Assembly: GCA_965250285.1 (NCBI GenBank)
Contig: OZ252299.1
Span: 1,504,001-1,568,000 of the forward strand
DNA length: 64,000 nucleotides
Direction: 5' to 3'
From: Myxococcota bacterium
Lineage (GTDB): Bacteria > Myxococcota_A > UBA9160 > UBA4427
The position numbers and the translations under genes are program-made. The notes under the pieces are model-generated. The model saw nothing but the letters and a program-made list of their open reading frames with translations, was not told the DNA's origin and did not search any database. Shown piece after piece: positions 59,321-64,000 of this stretch (positions within the stretch are counted from its first letter, which is position 1; each line of letters begins with the position of its first letter).

Positions 59321-59342
59321 GCTGACGAAGAGAGAGAACGAC

Positions 59343-62261
59343 ATGCGAAGGTTCGGAAGACGACGCCGCGGTGGCGCCCAGGGCGGCGGCGAGAGCCGCG
59401 CTGCTGCGATCGATGCGGAGCGCTGGCTGAGCCGCATTCAAGAAGACGGAACCCTCGGGCTCGAGACCCTCGAGGCCGACGGCGACACGAAGGTGCCGGC
59501 CCACGTGGCCGCGATCGGGCGCGGCCGCCGCGCCGAGGGCAAGGACGTGATCGTCGCGTTCGCCCCGCGGCACGCGGGCGACGCGTTGCTCGGTGGCCTG
59601 GCCGCGGCCGGCGAGAAGACCGGTGACGACGCCTTCACCGGCGAGCTGATCGCCGTGGCACCGCAGTGGACCGGGTCGGCGCGTCGCCGACTCGCGCTGC
59701 TGCGCGCCGAGCTGCCCTTCACCGTCACGGCCGTCACGGCCTCGAACCTCGAGGAGGGCCCGACCGAGGTGCCGCCCGAGCCGGTCGAGGAGCACGGCGT
59801 CACGACGCCGGCGCGACTCGCGGCCCACATGGCCGAGGGGGCGCCCCGGGATCTGTACCTGCGCGCGCTCGGCGCGCTCGAGGGCCTCGGCTCGAAGCAC
59901 GGGGGTGCGGTCCGCGCCCATGGCCGCAGCGTCGAACTCGTGATTCTCGCGCGTCGCGTGGCGCAGCTGCGGCTCGAGGAAGACGGCGAGCTGAGCCTCG
60001 CGACGCTCTCGCCGCAGCGAAGCGCGGCGCGTCTCAACGGCGACGGTCTGGCGGCGGCGTTCGACGCGCTCGAGGGCCAGCTGCGCAAGCGCATCAACGA
60101 TCGACGCACGCGCGAGGGCGAGGAGGGCGTTCGCACTCGCGCACTACCGGTCGCTTCGGCGGCGCTCGGCGTGCGGGGTGCGATGCCGTTCCCGATGGGT
60201 GGATCCGACGTCGAGACCCTCGATCAGGTAGGGGTCGACGAGCACGGTCGCCCGGTGATCGTCGCGGTGCGCCTGAAGCTCGGGCTCGCCGATCTCGGTC
60301 GCATCGTCGACGCGCTGCAGGATCTCAAGCCGCACCTCTCGACGCTGCTCGGCGACGTTCCGCCGCCCGTTCGGCTCGAGACGCCGCTGCTCGTGCTCGT
60401 CGCCGAAGAGTTCGATCCCGCGGTCGCACCGGCGCTCGCGGGTCTCACGCTGGCGCACGCGGTCTACACCCTCGAGCGGGACGGTGAGCTGGGCCTGGTG
60501 CCCGGCGTGACCGGTGAAGCCGGGCGCGCCGCCCGGGGTGCGGGTGGACGCCGGCGGCGTCGCTCGAGAGCCGACCGCGCCGACGCATCGGCCGAGGCGG
60601 GCGACGGGAAGGCTGGAGCGCCTGAGGCCGGCGCAGCCGAAGGCGCGGACGAGGGCACCGAGGCGGCCGTTGCGGATGAGAACGGCGATGGCGCTGGTCG
60701 CAATCGCCGTCGTCGCCGCCGCGGCGGACGGGGCCGCGGCCGTGATCGGGAAGGCGGTCGGGGCGATGACGACGAGGGCGAGACCCGCGTCGAAGGCGCG
60801 GCGGCGGCCGACGCAGCCGTTGCCGAGCCCGAAGAGGGCGAGCCCCGCTACGAGAGTCTGTCGCTGCTCGACCTCGATGAAGAGAACGGTGACGACGCGG
60901 ACGGCAGTGGCCGTCGGCGTCGCGGTCGCGGACGTCGACGCGGACGTCGCAGTGGTGGCGGTCGTGCCGAAGGTGGGGACGGCGGCGACGAGGGCGCGGG
61001 CGACGACGAGCGTCCACGCGCGAGAAGCGGCGACGCGGGCGAGGCGAAGGCCGACGTCGACTCGGACGGAGAGGCCGACGACGACGACACCGATGCCGAC
61101 GACCTCGACGACGCGCTGGCCGATCTCCCCGAGAGCCTGGCCGGTGTCGGCGACCCGCTCCAGTACACCGAGGACGAGGATTCGGACGACGGCGACGATG
61201 GCGGCGACGATACGTCGCGCCGCACCCGCGAGCGCGAAGAGCGTCGGCGCGCGCGCAAGGCCCAGACCGGCGAGATCTCCGAGCCGGCCGCGCCTCGCCG
61301 CCGGGCGGTCATCGTGGCGAACGCCGACCGCGACTCGCTGCTGGCCGCGGTGCTGCTCGCGCGCGACATCCGACTGCTCGAGGGGGTCTGGGTCTACCCG
61401 CAGAGCGAGCTGATGACGTTCTTCCGCAGCGTTGCGACGGACGTGAAGGAGGACGTGCCGATCTATCTGGTCGGATTCACGCCCTCGCCGGCGCGCGACG
61501 TGATTCAGGCGGCGTCGCTCTACGCGAATCGCATCACCTGGTTCGATCACCACGACTGGCCGCCGGAGGATCTGTCGGCCGTGGCCGACGCGTTCCGTGA
61601 GGACGCGCTTCATCTCACGCCCGGCACCGGCTCTTCGTTGCCGGCCGTCCTCGACACGGCCACCCGGCGATCGCGCTTCTCCGACAAGCTCGTCGATCTC
61701 GCCACCGGCCGCTTCAGTCAGCACGACTACGAGCGTTGGGGGCGCCTCTGGTGGCATCGCCTCGGTGAGATCGCCGCGAAGGGTGGCGAGGTGCGGGCGG
61801 ACATCGACCCGCTGCTCACCGGTCGACCGAGCGACCTCGCGAAGGAGGCGCTCCAGGTCGAGGCGCCGCCGCGCCCGCCCGAGGTCGAGTATGTGTCGTC
61901 GCGCGACTTCCGGCTCGTGCGCTTCGCCGGCCACGCGATGGTGGTCGTCGACGCCGATGCCGACTGCGATCCGCACATCGCCGCCCGCATCGCGCGCGAG
62001 CGCTACAAGGCGAACCTGTCGCTCGCCTGGGTGCGCGGCAACGAGGTCGTCTTCTTCGGGGGCGAGGAGAGCGGCGGCCGCCGTACGCTCGACTTCGGCG
62101 CGCTCTCCGAGCACCTCGCGAGCAAGTTCCGCTGGGTCGAGGCGTTGCCGGACAACGACCACGTGGCGCGGTTCCGCGTGCGCGGTCTGGGCGAGTCCCC
62201 CGAGCGCATGGACGAGGTGGTCGGCGCGATCGCGATGGGCCGCTCGATCCTCGAGGGCTGA
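59343..62261 (+). CDS. Multidomain protein: degenerate nuclease-like domains, Arg/acidic disordered tract, DHH-family domain
   Basis: 972 aa; LDQVGVDEHGRPVIVAV...LVLVAEEF; RRRRRRGGRGRG and acidic blocks; ADRDSLLAAVLL...ITWFDHH. Confidence 0.75.
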   Translation: MRRFGRRRRGGAQGGGESRAAAIDAERWLSRIQEDGTLGLETLEADGDTKVPAHVAAIGRGRRAEGKDVIVAFAPRHAGDALLGGLAAAGEKTGDDAFTGELIAVAPQWTGSARRRLALLRAELPFTVTAVTASNLEEGPTEVPPEPVEEHGVTTPARLAAHMAEGAPRDLYLRALGALEGLGSKHGGAVRAHGRSVELVILARRVAQLRLEEDGELSLATLSPQRSAARLNGDGLAAAFDALEGQLRKRINDRRTREGEEGVRTRALPVASAALGVRGAMPFPMGGSDVETLDQVGVDEHGRPVIVAVRLKLGLADLGRIVDALQDLKPHLSTLLGDVPPPVRLETPLLVLVAEEFDPAVAPALAGLTLAHAVYTLERDGELGLVPGVTGEAGRAARGAGGRRRRRSRADRADASAEAGDGKAGAPEAGAAEGADEGTEAAVADENGDGAGRNRRRRRRGGRGRGRDREGGRGDDDEGETRVEGAAAADAAVAEPEEGEPRYESLSLLDLDEENGDDADGSGRRRRGRGRRRGRRSGGGRAEGGDGGDEGAGDDERPRARSGDAGEAKADVDSDGEADDDDTDADDLDDALADLPESLAGVGDPLQYTEDEDSDDGDDGGDDTSRRTREREERRRARKAQTGEISEPAAPRRRAVIVANADRDSLLAAVLLARDIRLLEGVWVYPQSELMTFFRSVATDVKEDVPIYLVGFTPSPARDVIQAASLYANRITWFDHHDWPPEDLSAVADAFREDALHLTPGTGSSLPAVLDTATRRSRFSDKLVDLATGRFSQHDYERWGRLWWHRLGEIAAKGGEVRADIDPLLTGRPSDLAKEALQVEAPPRPPEVEYVSSRDFRLVRFAGHAMVVVDADADCDPHIAARIARERYKANLSLAWVRGNEVVFFGGEESGGRRTLDFGALSEHLASKFRWVEALPDNDHVARFRVRGLGESPERMDEVVGAIAMGRSILEG

Positions 62262-62295
62262 GCGCCGCGCGCGCGGGGCCGAGCGAGGGGCCGCC

Positions 62296-63066
62296 ATGGA
62301 TGCCCATCTCGTCGAGATCTTCGAGTCCGTGCAGGGCGAGGGCCCGCAGGTCGGCGAGCGTACGGTCTTCGTGCGCTTTGCCGAGTGCGACCTGCGCTGC
62401 GCGTGGTGCGACACGCCCGAGTCGTGGCGGCGCGTTCCCGAGTGTCGCGTGTACGGCGCGCTGGGCCACGGTGCGCACGAGTCGATTCCCAATCCAGTGT
62501 CGCTCCCCCGGCTCGAGGCCTGGCTCGATGCCCGCGGCGTGCCCGCCGGCCGCTGGGTCAGCTTGACGGGGGGCGAGCCGCTCCTTCAGCCGGGAGCGGT
62601 CGCGCACTGGGCCAGGGCGCTGCGGGCGCGCGGGCTGCGCGTGCACCTCGAGACCCATGGGCTCGCACACGAGGCGCTGGGTGAAGCGCTCGATCACGTC
62701 GACTACGTCTCGATGGATTGGAAGCTCGCCAGCGACGTGCGCCGGGTCAGCGACCGGGGCCCAGACGTCGCGCCCTTCCACGACGAGCACGCCGCGTTCC
62801 TCGAGCGGGTCGGCGACCGGCCCGGAGCGTGTGTGAAGATCGTGATCACACCGCGCACCACACGCGACGAGCTCGAGGCGGCATGCCGTCACATCGCGGC
62901 CGTTCGGCCGGCGACGACCCTCGTGCTGCAGCCGGTCACGCCGGACGGCGCGGTGCCCGAAGCCCCGTCGGTCGACGTGATGATGGAGCACCTCGAGGCG
63001 TGCGCGGCGTTCGTCGACGACGTGCGCCTCATCCCGCAGACGCACAAGGCGCTCGGCGCACTCTAG
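62296..63066 (+). CDS. queE: 7-carboxy-7-deazaguanine synthase (radical SAM)
   Basis: EIFESVQGEG, RFAECDLRCAWCDT (CxxxCxxC), VSLTGGEPLLQ, LETHG, IPQTHK. Confidence 0.88.
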   Translation: MDAHLVEIFESVQGEGPQVGERTVFVRFAECDLRCAWCDTPESWRRVPECRVYGALGHGAHESIPNPVSLPRLEAWLDARGVPAGRWVSLTGGEPLLQPGAVAHWARALRARGLRVHLETHGLAHEALGEALDHVDYVSMDWKLASDVRRVSDRGPDVAPFHDEHAAFLERVGDRPGACVKIVITPRTTRDELEAACRHIAAVRPATTLVLQPVTPDGAVPEAPSVDVMMEHLEACAAFVDDVRLIPQTHKALGAL

Positions 63067-63079
63067 GTCCGGGCTGCGC

Positions 63080-64000
63080 TCAGCTCGGGTCGGGGGCCGC
63101 TCCCGCGCCTGGCCGCGACCGAACGAGGTCGATCAAGCGCTCGACGAACGTCGGCTGGCTGCGACGGAGCGCACGTCGCAAGTGCCCGAGCTCGGCGCGC
63201 GCCGCACCGGGTGCGACGTCGGGGTGACCGCCGAAGCGGCGTCTCAGATAGCGCTCGGTGATCGGAGAAAATGCATCCGCGACGGCGGGATCGAGCGTTT
63301 CACGCAGGTCCTGCACGAACTCTCGTGCAGTGCGCTCGGCGGGCCGCGCATGGCCCCGTCGCGCGAGCCAACCCAACGCGCGCGCGTAATCGGCCGGGAT
63401 CTCCGGGCGACGCCGCCCGTGCCGCGTGCGGTGCCACGCGAGCAAGGCGCCGAAGCCGGCGAGCGCGACCAGCGCGATCCAGACGCGGGGGTCGCCGAGC
63501 GAGACCGAACCCCGAGCGGGTCTGGCGCCGCCGGTCTCGGGCGCGGCTGGCCCCGGCCCGCCCGGGGCGCGCGCCTCGCCATCCCAGAAGCCCTTCAAGT
63601 AGAGGTAGGCGGCCTTCATCGCGAGGATCTGATCGGAGCTGTCGAAGTCGACGACGCGTTGGAACCACCAGAGCTCGAGGGCGCTCGCGAGTGCGCCGAG
63701 GGACTCCCCGAACGAGGCGTCGCCGGCCGCCCGCATGCGCAGGGCGGGCGGGGTCGGGTCGTACCGGACCCAGCCCGCGTCGCGGTAGTGCACCTCGACC
63801 CAGGCATGCGCATCGGACGAGGTCAGCTCGACGAAGCCGCCCACCTCGTTGGTCTGTCCACCGGCGAACCCGTTCACGAGTCGCGCCGGCAGGCCAGTCG
63901 CCCGGGCCAGCACGACCATGCCGCTCGCGAAGTACTCGCAGTGACCGGCGAGGTCCCCGAGCAGGAAGCCCTCGACCGGCGACCTCTCACCGCCTGCGGT
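63080..64000 (-). CDS. Transglutaminase-like membrane protein (TgpA-type), 5' part outside the window
   Basis: GHCEYFASGM, AHAWVEV, YDPTP (Cys-His-Asp triad), then a TM and a DUF4129-like tail. Confidence 0.9.
   Translation of the reverse strand, partial: TAGGERSPVEGFLLGDLAGHCEYFASGMVVLARATGLPARLVNGFAGGQTNEVGGFVELTSSDAHAWVEVHYRDAGWVRYDPTPPALRMRAAGDASFGESLGALASALELWWFQRVVDFDSSDQILAMKAAYLYLKGFWDGEARAPGGPGPAAPETGGARPARGSVSLGDPRVWIALVALAGFGALLAWHRTRHGRRRPEIPADYARALGWLARRGHARPAERTAREFVQDLRETLDPAVADAFSPITERYLRRRFGGHPDVAPGAARAELGHLRRALRRSQPTFVERLIDLVRSRPGAGAAPDPS

Noticed and set aside
59031..59342. RNase P RNA, tmRNA, SRP or CsrB identity for the structured spacer
   Set aside because: No GAGGAAAGUCC/P4 signature, no tRNA-like ends with tag ORF, no SRP loop; only a few GGA motifs, one in a loop

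Overview
High-GC (roughly 70%) bacterial chromosomal segment. Gene order and content point to a Myxococcota / deltaproteobacterial-type organism; this is an inference, not a database result. Most of the window is housekeeping DNA, and I see no prophage, transposase, integrase or CRISPR array. Order: ilvB (partial); rpoN with a reduced regulatory PTS cluster and metK; spoIID-yajC-secDF; bactofilin; TolC; ispDF-uvrBC; aspartyl protease; comEC; a MoxR-DUF58-Bat operon; an exosortase pair; a 135-bp palindromic tandem repeat; assorted hydrolase, redox and regulatory genes; a REC-HD-GYP / V4R-STAS / DnaJ module; rfbB; an AAA+ ATPase; tRNA-Glu; miaE; dgt; queE; a partial transglutaminase. The most unusual region is 57.5-62.3 kb. 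It holds two candidate structured RNAs and a 972-aa protein with two degenerate restriction-endonuclease-like domains, an RNase E-like Arg/acidic disordered tract and a DHH-family domain. Also notable are a stripped-down AAA+ ATPase ending in an Mpa-like G-N-Y-L motif and a candidate sRNA downstream of tRNA-Glu. All calls come from motif recognition by eye; no searches were run. Starts were adjusted from the ORF track where an RBS or gene overlap suggested a better one.
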